64,000 bases of DNA from a virus. Of the stretch, positions 55,411 through 64,000 are shown piece by piece. The stretch covers positions 32,001 to 96,000 of the IMG/VR virus record IMGVR_UViG_3300033148_006964. One strand, given 5' to 3'. Each line of letters begins with the position of its first letter. The first letter of the stretch is position 1. A program made the position numbers and the translations under genes. The notes under the pieces are model-generated. The model had not been told where the DNA came from, did no database searches, and worked only from the letters and a program-made list of their open reading frames with translations.

Positions 55411-57477
55411 ATGGCTAATGAAGGTCTTTCAGGCTTAACAACCCCTACAGTTGAAAGCGCGTCTAGTTCTGGGCAGTCTTTATTTGTAAGAGGGTCTATT
55501 AAATATGATTCTCCATTTTTAGATATGACCAGTACATTTATTCCCAAGACTATAAAAGGTATATTGAGATTTGTAGCAGCTTATGTCCTTGGTGATGGAC
55601 TTGTAGCTCAATGTATATCAAAATTATCTGAATATCCTATTACAGACTTATTATATAATGATAGTAACCCGTCTCATATAGAAGACGATAAAACTATTGA
55701 TTATTGGAAAAAGTTTTTAGAAAAACAACTTAATATAGTAAGATCATTAAAACAAGCTGGTATGGATTATTATGCTTATGGCAATTCTGTTATATCTATA
55801 AGTTATCCGTTTAAAAGAAGATTAAGATGCCCAAAATGCAAACAAGAACAAGCTATTGAATCTGAGAAAACTTCGTTTAAAGCTTTTAAATTTTATTCAG
55901 AATGTATATCTAAAAAATGTAAATATAAAGGTGAGATGGAAGCTTATGATTTAAACACCAAAGAACTTGATAAATTTAATATTGTACATTGGGATTTAAT
56001 GTGTTTAGATATTAAATATAATAGTATTACTGGAGATCATTTTTATTTTTATTCTCCTCCTATAGATATAGTAACCGCTGTTCGTAGAGGAGATATGGAT
56101 ATTATTAAAACTACAAGGCTTGAAGTTATAAATGCGATAAAAAAACGTAAAAAGCTTAAGATAATGGAAGACAATGTATTTCATCTTAAAAGACCTGCAC
56201 CGCAATATATCATCCCTGCAGAGCGTGGATGGGGAATCCCTGTAATAATGCCGGTTATGAAAGACATTTTTCATAATAAAATTCTTAAAAAAGGCAACGA
56301 AATGATAGCGTTTGATCATATTGTTCCACTAAGAATTCTTTTTCCTAAAGGTACTGGGGATATAAGTCCACATGCTACTGCCAATCTTGGTACATGGAAA
56401 ACTAAGATAGAAGATGAAATAAGAAAATGGAAAGCAGACTCTAACTACATTTCAATTGTACCCCTTCCAGTAGGTATTGAAAATATTAGTGGAGACGCTA
56501 AGATGTTAATGGTAACTCCTGAAATTAAAGTAACTGAAGATAATATTATAATGGGTATAGGTATTATTCCTGAGATCATACGTGGCGGCGCATCATGGTC
56601 TGGTAGTAACGTTTCGTTACGAGTTGTAGAAAATACCTTTTTAAATCATCGTAATGATATGCAGGAAATGATTGATTTTATAATTGAAAACATAGCCAGG
56701 TATTTAGAAAAACCCGCTATAGAAATCACAATGTCTGATTTTAAAATGGCCGATGATCTTCAGAAAAAAGAACTTATGTTAAAAGCATCTGCCGGACCTC
56801 CTTCAGAAGCATTAGTATCTAAACCTACAGTTACTAAAGAACTTGGTTTTGATCCTGATGAAGAATATAAACTTTCTGAAGAAGATCTTCAAAGACGAAT
56901 AGAGATGCGGATTAAAGAAGCAGAAGGATCTGCAGAAGCCCAAGGTTCTGCCACTCTTCTTAATGCTATGTATTCAGCAGACGCTCAAATGGAACAGCAA
57001 AATAGAATGGATATGCATGAGAGGGAGAATCAGTCTAAACGTGATGAATTTACTCAAATGCAGCATGAAGACAATGCTCAACAGGTTACTAAAGAAGTAA
57101 GCGCTTTAAGTGCTCAGCCTGAAAAAATATCTCTTCAAAATCTAATTTTAATATTAACCCGGAGATTTGCAAGACTTTTAAAAATTAATGTGGATGATTT
57201 TAAAATAAGAATGCTCGCCTTAAAAAATAGTATGCCAGCACTTTATAAGGAGATCTTTGATAATTTAAAAGAAATGAACCTAATAGAAGCTGATACATCC
57301 CCTGACCTTCAAGCTGTTCAAAGGTTTACTCCTGGTCAAATACCTTCTCATACTCAAGGAGAAGGTTCTGCCGAACAGCCTCCTACCCCTGCTGAAGCCA
57401 ATGCGGGAGTAGGTACAATAAATGCACCTCTACCAGAGGTAAGTCCTCCCAGATCAGCCGTAAGCTCTTCGGTTTAG
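55411..57477 (+). CDS. Portal protein with a Zn-ribbon insertion
   Basis: Portal-like pattern GMDYYAYGNSVISI...VFHLKRP...GWGIPVIMPVMKDIF...IVPLRILF...SGASWSGSNVSLR. Confidence 0.75.
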   Translation: MANEGLSGLTTPTVESASSSGQSLFVRGSIKYDSPFLDMTSTFIPKTIKGILRFVAAYVLGDGLVAQCISKLSEYPITDLLYNDSNPSHIEDDKTIDYWKKFLEKQLNIVRSLKQAGMDYYAYGNSVISISYPFKRRLRCPKCKQEQAIESEKTSFKAFKFYSECISKKCKYKGEMEAYDLNTKELDKFNIVHWDLMCLDIKYNSITGDHFYFYSPPIDIVTAVRRGDMDIIKTTRLEVINAIKKRKKLKIMEDNVFHLKRPAPQYIIPAERGWGIPVIMPVMKDIFHNKILKKGNEMIAFDHIVPLRILFPKGTGDISPHATANLGTWKTKIEDEIRKWKADSNYISIVPLPVGIENISGDAKMLMVTPEIKVTEDNIIMGIGIIPEIIRGGASWSGSNVSLRVVENTFLNHRNDMQEMIDFIIENIARYLEKPAIEITMSDFKMADDLQKKELMLKASAGPPSEALVSKPTVTKELGFDPDEEYKLSEEDLQRRIEMRIKEAEGSAEAQGSATLLNAMYSADAQMEQQNRMDMHERENQSKRDEFTQMQHEDNAQQVTKEVSALSAQPEKISLQNLILILTRRFARLLKINVDDFKIRMLALKNSMPALYKEIFDNLKEMNLIEADTSPDLQAVQRFTPGQIPSHTQGEGSAEQPPTPAEANAGVGTINAPLPEVSPPRSAVSSSV

Positions 57478-57525
57478 ACTTCGAGGAAAGCCACCCTAGC
57501 CTTCTACTCGTAGTCTCGCAATATC

Positions 57526-57558
57526 CAGCTTTTATTTATTTAAAAGTTGGATTTTTGC
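57526..57558 (+). terminator. Probable terminator of the portal operon
   Basis: TCCAGCTTTTA-N6-TAAAAGTTGGA followed by TTTTT. Confidence 0.55.
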
Positions 57559-57574
57559 GTTTGTGCTGATAGCT

Positions 57575-57603
57575 AAAAATAGCGCCCGTTAGGGCGTTAC
57601 TTT
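57575..57603. terminator. Terminator between convergent units
   Basis: AGCGCCC-GTTA-GGGCGTT hairpin, with an A-run giving the U-tract on the minus strand. Confidence 0.65.
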
Positions 57604-57625
57604 AAGTAATCTGATTTTTTACTAA

Positions 57626-57964
57626 TCAGTTAATGGATTTGCTGCTGTTATTGTGCAACTGTTCTTCAACCGAAACGGTTACGAACGCATCTATAAATTT
57701 TTCAACTTCTTCGCTGGTAAAGGCTCTAGCTTTACCTTCTTTATCAATTATCTGCAAAGTAAGATGCGGCACAATGTTTACAAAAGTCCTTTCTCCAGAC
57801 TTATATAGTATTTCGAACGATCCTTCTTCTTCAATATCTAAGTCTCGTTCTTTTAAGTTTTGATATGAGTATTTAATTTCTGTTACTTCGTTCATAGAAA
57901 TAATATTAATATTAGTTGTTAAAGATTCATTATCCTTTGGCCTTTCTAAAATTTTTATAAACAC
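57626..57964 (-). CDS. Hypothetical protein
   Basis: 112 aa with a GGAGG RBS and GTG start. Confidence 0.6.
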   Translation of the reverse strand: MFIKILERPKDNESLTTNINIISMNEVTEIKYSYQNLKERDLDIEEEGSFEILYKSGERTFVNIVPHLTLQIIDKEGKARAFTSEEVEKFIDAFVTVSVEEQLHNNSSKSIN

Positions 57965-57989
57965 CTTGCCTCCAAATAGATTAAGGTAA

Positions 57990-58015
57990 AAGAGGGAATT
58001 ATTAATTCCCTCTTA
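57990..58015. terminator. Terminator closing the ubiquitin-like operon
   Basis: AAGAGGGAATTA/TAATTCCCTCTT hairpin just downstream of the Ubl stop codon. Confidence 0.75.
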
Positions 58016-58032
58016 AATATAGCAATTAAAGA

Positions 58033-58509
58033 TTAAAGATTGCCCTTTGTTTTTTCTGAAAAAATCAACCTCATATTTCCATCATCATCTGGTCGTGTTA
58101 ATTCGGTTGAACCAGGAATACTCCCGCCACCTGTCGCAAGGCGATATTCATAAATTGGATCACCATTTTCTTTAAAAAATTCACTTCTTTGTTCGGAAGG
58201 AAGTTGATCAAGAAGTTGATTTATTGTGATGCCGTCTTCAACTGGAAGAGTAACATTAGCACCATTTCCAAATCTTATAATTGTAACATCCCATGGAACA
58301 TTACCTTTAGTCGGTTCTGCGATAAAAACACGCATTCCATCAGTAAGAATTTTATCAAGAGAAGCTGGAGATTGTCCTACAGTTACACATCCTTCAACAA
58401 ACTTTTCTTCAGCACGTTCTAAAAGATGTTTTATAGTAGCATCTTCATTAGTTTCAAAAGAAAACTCTCTATTAGCAGTACCCATTTTAATTAAAGTTAC
58501 ATCTAGCAT
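58033..58509 (-). CDS. Tandem di-ubiquitin-like (beta-grasp) protein
   Basis: Two homologous units: LDVTLIKMG..ATIKHLL..MRVFIAEPTKGN and WDVTIIRFG..ITINQLL..MRLIFSEKTKGNL. Adjacent to E1 and JAB genes. Confidence 0.75.
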   Translation of the reverse strand: MLDVTLIKMGTANREFSFETNEDATIKHLLERAEEKFVEGCVTVGQSPASLDKILTDGMRVFIAEPTKGNVPWDVTIIRFGNGANVTLPVEDGITINQLLDQLPSEQRSEFFKENGDPIYEYRLATGGGSIPGSTELTRPDDDGNMRLIFSEKTKGNL

Positions 58510-58540
58510 TTTAATATCCTTCTAAAATATTGTATAGAAT

Positions 58541-59311
58541 TTAAGATGTACACGTCTCCCGCATTGCCATTACGGGCTCTTCATTAAATTTTTTTAAATA
58601 AAAAGATTCTGGATACAATGAAAATTGAACTTCATTCCATAAATGAAGTCCTATTTCATCATCGTTTCGTAGATTATCATTACCATAATGACAATTAAAA
58701 TGTTGTATAATTCTACCTGCTGCAATGCTTGCAATAAACATTACTGTAGTAATTATAGATTCACTTGCTCCACATAACGATGTTTCTGCTTCCTCATCTG
58801 TATATAAAGTTTGCATCCATTGTTCTACTTCGTCTCGTGAATGAGGATTAAATGCGTAAATCCGACCATTTCGCAACCCCATTCTGGTTTCAATTACAAG
58901 ATCCGTATTAAACGAACGCTTTATACATTTTTCAAATATTTCTTTTCTACTGGACATAGTATCTGTTAATAGCATCACATAATTTGATTTTACTGATTCT
59001 TGATCAGTAACCATCTCATTATGAGCTTCAATTTTAAATCCACATTTTCTTAAAATAATTTCTTTAAGAGCTTCGACTTTTGGCATGCCGACATGTGATT
59101 GCTCATATATTTGATTTGCTAAATTATGTTCAGCTACTATATCTCCATCGAATACTTTTAAAACACCCTGTTTTAATGGAGTGTTCCCCCATCCAAACTG
59201 AGCCAGCATTGAAGCGATATAACTTCCAGTAGCACCAACCCCAACCAGTGAAATTGTTTTTTTCCCAATATCAGTTGGATTAAGCAATTTTTGTTGTCTA
59301 GTGTAATCCAA
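58541..59311 (-). CDS. ThiF/E1-like adenylyltransferase (start revised to TTG 59311)
   Basis: DYTRQ, GVGATGS, VFDGDIVAEHNLANQ, KVEAL, TDTMSSRK and a candidate thiol in ETSLCG. AGGAG RBS 8 nt before the TTG, right after the JAB stop. Confidence 0.9.
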   Translation of the reverse strand: MDYTRQQKLLNPTDIGKKTISLVGVGATGSYIASMLAQFGWGNTPLKQGVLKVFDGDIVAEHNLANQIYEQSHVGMPKVEALKEIILRKCGFKIEAHNEMVTDQESVKSNYVMLLTDTMSSRKEIFEKCIKRSFNTDLVIETRMGLRNGRIYAFNPHSRDEVEQWMQTLYTDEEAETSLCGASESIITTVMFIASIAAGRIIQHFNCHYGNDNLRNDDEIGLHLWNEVQFSLYPESFYLKKFNEEPVMAMRETCTS

Positions 59312-59312
59312 T

Positions 59313-60161
59313 TTAAAATCTCCTGTTATTGATATCGTGAACCATTTCATCTAATTCATAATCTTCTAACATTATCTTATTAAGCTTTTCATTTCTTATT
59401 TTAAACAAGTCTTCTTGATAATTTAAAAGATTATTTTTATATTTCCCATTTTTTTTACTATATGACTTATAATTTGTAAAATCTTCTTCGGGGAGATTTA
59501 TTTTTTTAAGTTCTTTAACTTTTTTCTTAATATTATTAGTTTTAATAACTTTTTCAATCTTTTGTATTTTTTTAGCTGTATCAATATTATCGGTAGATAG
59601 TATTAACGCAACATCTTTAAGCTTTGTTTCTTCAGAGTTTTGTAATAGTCCGTCTTCTTCAACCGTCCATTTTACGTTATCAAACTTAATTTGTTGATTA
59701 TAATCAAAAAACGATACAGACATTATTTCTTTTTTATTACATATACCTCTTAAAAAATAAGTTTTTCTTCGATTCATTTTTTCAATTGCTTCGTCTTCAT
59801 CTTGTTGAGACGGACTGACCCCCATAGTATGGTGAGAATGCCCCCAGAATCTAACTTTTCCAATATCATCTTCTCTATTACGATTAATTAACCAAACCCC
59901 CATATCAGATTCACCTTCAGTGGATATTTCACATGTACCACCATTAGCTTCTGAATGTTTAGGATAAAAAATCTCTCTTATAAAATATGTATCATTACCA
60001 CGTTCATCTACGATTCCAAAAAAACCAACTTCATCTGAATGAACGTCAACTAATGCTTCTATCCATTTGATAGCAGAGCTTGCAAAAATTATCTTTGGCG
60101 CTTCTTTTTTTTCTGGCTTTAAAATTGTATAGGTTGTAGCTTCATTTTTTTCGAATTTCAA
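59313..60161 (-). CDS. JAB/JAMM metallopeptidase (deubiquitinase-like)
   Basis: E44 plus H108-S-H110-x7-S118-x2-D121 is an exact JAMM motif. Confidence 0.9.
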   Translation of the reverse strand: MKFEKNEATTYTILKPEKKEAPKIIFASSAIKWIEALVDVHSDEVGFFGIVDERGNDTYFIREIFYPKHSEANGGTCEISTEGESDMGVWLINRNREDDIGKVRFWGHSHHTMGVSPSQQDEDEAIEKMNRRKTYFLRGICNKKEIMSVSFFDYNQQIKFDNVKWTVEEDGLLQNSEETKLKDVALILSTDNIDTAKKIQKIEKVIKTNNIKKKVKELKKINLPEEDFTNYKSYSKKNGKYKNNLLNYQEDLFKIRNEKLNKIMLEDYELDEMVHDINNRRF

Positions 60162-61261
60162 TCTTCACCCCCTACAATTGGCCAATTTTTTGCATTTCTA
60201 CCCCACTCATCTCCTAAATTTGGAGTTGTTACAAACCTGGTAAGTATATCCGTTAACATAAATAAATCTACATTAACAAAAGATTCAAATACACATTCCC
60301 AAGCAGATCCATAACAAGGAGTACCGCTTAAACAAACATGCGGACATTGAAATCCACCATCTGAATTATTAACTAAATATTCTCTTGTAAGATTTCTAAT
60401 TATAATAGGATTAGATGTATTAGCTTCTCCAAATAAAGTTTTTAATAAAACCCTAAACTCAATACGACCAATAAGTCTATTATTACCATCTATAGCATTT
60501 ACAGTCTGAAGATCTTTTGTTCTTATAATAAGATATCTTTTAGTAAATAATACATCATCAATTTTATTAGAATCATCTTCTATAAGCTCCTTAGCTTGTT
60601 CGATAATTTTTTTAATAAAAGGATGGTTTTCAATTGGAGTTCGAAGAACATCTATTTTATTTTTTAATTCTATTAAAATAGACATTTTTTTACTAAATAC
60701 ATTAACCTGTTCTTTTAATACCTTAGCTCTACTTGCAAGATCAGAGTTCATGCCTTCTGCTATGACTTCGGGTGCGTCATTTATATTTACAGTATTAAGA
60801 TTTTCATTAAACTTTTCAATCTTAGACCCTGAATCCTGGACATCTCTAAAGCTAAAATCATCTTCATCATAAGAATCATCTTCCACAGGCATTGCAGCAA
60901 GTATTGGTGGCTCTTGATCCGGTGGAATATCTTCTGGCGGTGCTTCGAGCGGTCCATCTGTAATTACCTGTTCTTCTAACGTCTCCGCTTGTGCTTCTGG
61001 TGCCGGACATTCATTAAGCTCTTGAACAATAGGTTCATGCAATTTACACGTAATTATATCTCCTGATATATCGTTTGTAATATGACACCCTCGTATTGTT
61101 GCGTCTTCAGTTATTAATTCAACTACCCTATCAGAGGATTGGTCTGCAACTTCTAATTCAAAAATACCATCTGATTCGTGAGATTTTAATATATAATCAA
61201 AAATCTCTTCATCAATATAATTAAGAGAGAAGTTTACAGCCGCATCTATTCTAATTTTCAT
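60158..61261 (-). CDS. E2/UBC-like protein 1 (coiled-coil plus C-terminal E2-like domain)
   Basis: CPHVCLSGTPC316 has the same spacing as the UBC signature HPNIxxxGxIC. C-terminal N..D.WG...WP tail. Confidence 0.65.
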   Translation of the reverse strand: MKIRIDAAVNFSLNYIDEEIFDYILKSHESDGIFELEVADQSSDRVVELITEDATIRGCHITNDISGDIITCKLHEPIVQELNECPAPEAQAETLEEQVITDGPLEAPPEDIPPDQEPPILAAMPVEDDSYDEDDFSFRDVQDSGSKIEKFNENLNTVNINDAPEVIAEGMNSDLASRAKVLKEQVNVFSKKMSILIELKNKIDVLRTPIENHPFIKKIIEQAKELIEDDSNKIDDVLFTKRYLIIRTKDLQTVNAIDGNNRLIGRIEFRVLLKTLFGEANTSNPIIIRNLTREYLVNNSDGGFQCPHVCLSGTPCYGSAWECVFESFVNVDLFMLTDILTRFVTTPNLGDEWGRNAKNWPIVGGED

Positions 61262-61281
61262 AAAAATTTTTTCCTTCCAAT

Positions 61282-63180
61282 TTAAGAATGAAGCGGAATC
61301 GCATCCGCTAAAATATTATCAAATTTTTTTTCTGCCTCAGATATTTTATTGAGGATCTTATTAATATCTTTATTTCTATCAGCATTGTTCGCTACTTCTT
61401 CACTTACTTCAGGCCACCTATCTATATAAGCTCCTGCAGCATCATCAGTGTTAGCTGTTTGCAAAAAAAGCATCAATTGAAAAATTATTTCATACAGATC
61501 TCTTCGTATGTAAGAATCGGCCATACTTTTTACTAAATTACCAAGACACATATGTCCATCTGAAAAAATATGTGGTGCTTGCATTTCTGTTTCAAGAGCC
61601 TCTATTTGATGTTTAGTGTTATAAATACGAATAGTGTTATTTTCATCATACCTTTCATCTAACATTCCAATTTTTATATGAAAAGTACCAATATCATGCC
61701 AACAGTTAGATCTATTATCTTGAGCATATAAATTATGAGTATATACATTAATTTTTCCATCTTTTATATTAATAGAACTTACTTCGTCAAGAGCTATGGT
61801 TTCGTTATAGTTATATAAAGCTTTTTCTTTTTCTTTTTTTTTCATATCAACTTCATCGAATGCGTCAATTTGATTCATATACTTCATCATCATCTTACCG
61901 CTTTCCATAGCTTTATTAAAATGCATTTCATAATCTTGTTTAGATTTTTCTTTTAATGTAGTAATCTCTTTCAAGATGCTTATGGCATTTTTAACTGAAA
62001 AATTTACATATTCCTCCTTATTCATTTGAGCTATATTATTATAATAGCCTAAATCAATCTTAAAAAGATCTTCATATTTAATATCATTATTAATTCTTCT
62101 TACAAATTCTTTAAATATTAACGATGAAGACTCATTTTCTCCAAAATAAACCATAGGATATAAAAATGTAATAAAGCATCTATCCTTAAGTGCCCATATA
62201 ACATTTGTAATAAAATCTTTAAAAATAAAATCAAATTTAGCATACGGTGAATTGGATTCATTTTTTAATATTTCTTCTATATCATTATATTTTTCAGTCT
62301 CTCTAAGCTCTTGAATTTCAGAATTTATTTCAGAAGAATGTAATACATGTAAATTTTTAATTGTATGACCAAAACATAATGCTTTACACCCAGGAGGCAC
62401 TTCTTTAAATTTAGAATTATCATACGGAACAAGAGATATTATTAACGTATGCTTTTCTATTTCTTTTAAATTAAATTCATTACTATCAAACAATGTTTTA
62501 AAATTATAAACTCCATTTGTAAGGAAAATAATATTTTTATTAGTTTTTTTTACTAAATTTACTACTTCCTTTTCTTGCGGGACATCACCAGTGCCGTATA
62601 TTATTACTTTACGATTTATTTTTTTTATTTCATCGTTACGTATAATAACCTGTGGACTTGCAAAATTTTCTGTAAACTTTACAAAAAATAAATCTATTTC
62701 TTTTTTTAATGGGTCTTCAAAAGTTGGTTGTTCTTCTTCATTTAATACCGCAGGAGTTGTATTAATTATATCACCTATTATATCCTCTTCTGAATCTTTA
62801 TGTTCATCATCAACAAAAAGATTTAATACAAAATCTTTAAAATCTGAAAGATCAAATCTGTTCGTTCCAATACCAAGATCTTTAATATTACGATATTGAT
62901 CGGTATTCTTTGTAGCTTCAGATGTTAATGCGTCTAATACATCGTCATCGGCATAATATTTATGTAACAATATCATCATTCCATTAATATTTGAAGCATA
63001 GTGCGTTGGACTAAGCACAGATAGATCATCTGACGCTACAAAATAATTAAGGATAATATCACTTATTTCATTAAAATCTTTTTCATTAATAGCAGCGGCT
63101 TCTCCACCATTATTCAATGCATATGGAATAAAATCAATATCAAGGAATTCTGCTAACCATTTTTCTATAAATCCATACAT
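61282..63180 (-). CDS. E2/UBC-like protein 2 (large N-terminal region, coiled coil, C-terminal E2-like domain)
   Basis: APHIFSDGHMC545LG matches the UBC signature spacing. The tail ANTDDAAG...RWP parallels that of the neighbouring E2-like gene. Confidence 0.7.
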   Translation of the reverse strand: MYGFIEKWLAEFLDIDFIPYALNNGGEAAAINEKDFNEISDIILNYFVASDDLSVLSPTHYASNINGMMILLHKYYADDDVLDALTSEATKNTDQYRNIKDLGIGTNRFDLSDFKDFVLNLFVDDEHKDSEEDIIGDIINTTPAVLNEEEQPTFEDPLKKEIDLFFVKFTENFASPQVIIRNDEIKKINRKVIIYGTGDVPQEKEVVNLVKKTNKNIIFLTNGVYNFKTLFDSNEFNLKEIEKHTLIISLVPYDNSKFKEVPPGCKALCFGHTIKNLHVLHSSEINSEIQELRETEKYNDIEEILKNESNSPYAKFDFIFKDFITNVIWALKDRCFITFLYPMVYFGENESSSLIFKEFVRRINNDIKYEDLFKIDLGYYNNIAQMNKEEYVNFSVKNAISILKEITTLKEKSKQDYEMHFNKAMESGKMMMKYMNQIDAFDEVDMKKKEKEKALYNYNETIALDEVSSINIKDGKINVYTHNLYAQDNRSNCWHDIGTFHIKIGMLDERYDENNTIRIYNTKHQIEALETEMQAPHIFSDGHMCLGNLVKSMADSYIRRDLYEIIFQLMLFLQTANTDDAAGAYIDRWPEVSEEVANNADRNKDINKILNKISEAEKKFDNILADAIPLHS

Positions 63181-63236
63181 AATAATGCACTCCTATTTAA
63201 ATAAAGGTTTAAAATTTTATGATAAATATTTCTATC

Positions 63237-63250
63237 ATTGTAGTTATTAC
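63237..63250 (-). promoter_or_regulatory. Conserved promoter-like motif, copy d (GTAATAAC-TACAAT)
   Basis: 57 nt upstream of the first gene of the ubiquitin-like operon. Confidence 0.65.
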
Positions 63251-63272
63251 AGAAAAATGATTTGAATAACTA

Positions 63273-63611
63273 TTAAACTGCATGATGAGCGCTTTTAATA
63301 GTTTCTTTTTCCATATTAAGTTTTTGTTTTATCGCTATCCACTCAGCCCATGAAAAACAAACCATAGCTTTTGTACCACATGAATTAAGTTTTTTAATTC
63401 TTAAAATTTGTAATCTAGAGGCTTTACCATTAAATCTTTTAGTTTCTATAAAAACTCCGCCAGTTAAAGCTGTTGAAAAGAATATATCTGGAAAGCCGTT
63501 ATCACTTGCTCTCATAATCTTAGTACATGTGCAATATTTTCCTAATGATCTTAAATCATTTAATATTTTTGTTTGGAGGTCTGATTCTTTTTCCATATTG
63601 TTGTAATCCAT
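63273..63611 (-). CDS. VRR-NUC (PD-(D/E)xK) nuclease
   Basis: KESDLQTKI...GFPDI...FIETKR..GK.S.LQ matches the VRR-NUC pattern. Confidence 0.85.
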   Translation of the reverse strand: MDYNNMEKESDLQTKILNDLRSLGKYCTCTKIMRASDNGFPDIFFSTALTGGVFIETKRFNGKASRLQILRIKKLNSCGTKAMVCFSWAEWIAIKQKLNMEKETIKSAHHAV

Positions 63612-63690
63612 TTAATTAATTTAACTATATATGTGTAAGATGCATATTTTCCATTTCTAAGTCTTGGTTGATATTTATTTTTAAAGCTAT

Positions 63691-63981
63691 TCATTTTTTT
63701 CCTCTAAATTTTTGCGTAATACGACGTACTGTTGTGACTGATATTTTTAATCTTCTAGCTATTTCAAAACCTGTTAATCCTTGTTTGTTTAATTCTATAA
63801 TTTTTTTATTTCTTTGTTTTTTATTATTCGCAAGCGGTATAATACCTAATTCTTTTCTAACTCTATATACAGCTTGTCTGGTTACTCCAAGAATATCACC
63901 AATAGCTTTATCTGTACGATAAAGTGATTGCATTCTTTTTATATACATCGGTGTAACGATTCCAACTGTACCTAATTTCAT
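63691..63981 (-). CDS. Double helix-turn-helix DNA-binding protein
   Basis: TDKAIGDILGVTRQAVYRVRK and LTGFEIARRLKISVTTVRRI. Confidence 0.75.
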   Translation of the reverse strand: MKLGTVGIVTPMYIKRMQSLYRTDKAIGDILGVTRQAVYRVRKELGIIPLANNKKQRNKKIIELNKQGLTGFEIARRLKISVTTVRRITQKFRGKK

Positions 63982-64000
63982 GACAGCATCTCCTTCAATA

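Noticed and set aside
149-63922. Short opposite-strand or out-of-frame ORFs in the track (for example 149..394, 4306..4593, 9318..9638, 12970..13404, 16912..17298, 58226..58525, 62591..62899)
   Set aside because: They lie within longer, motif-supported genes and have no RBS or recognisable motifs, so they are treated as shadow ORFs.

Overview
This AT-rich 64 kb window looks like part of a large (jumbo-type) contractile-tailed phage genome. The + strand carries the virion module: tail sheath, tail tube, a tail-assembly chaperone with a probable -1 frameshift extension, tape measure, hub/baseplate genes, an embedded sigma-70-family sigma factor, several giant beta-helix/adhesin-like proteins with long poly-serine tracts, and a portal protein. 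No capsid or terminase gene is recognisable. A ~10 kb, mostly minus-strand block (3.9-14.0 kb) splits the tail module. It holds a solo tnpB (IS200/IS605-type, + strand), a dATP/dGTP diphosphohydrolase-like gene, a ~0.85 kb ORF-free and highly structured locus that looks like a large unclassified ncRNA, and a class II ribonucleotide reductase with two inteins. The right end carries a compact minus-strand operon with the parts of a ubiquitin-like conjugation cycle: two E2-like proteins, a JAB peptidase, a ThiF/E1 and a tandem di-ubiquitin-like protein whose two domains both end in TKG|N. It is followed by a VRR-NUC nuclease and an HTH protein. The strongest leads are the phage ubiquitin-like operon, the large ncRNA, and the dispersed poly-Ser cassettes inserted at non-homologous positions in virion proteins. 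All protein calls come from motif recognition by eye; no database search was run.
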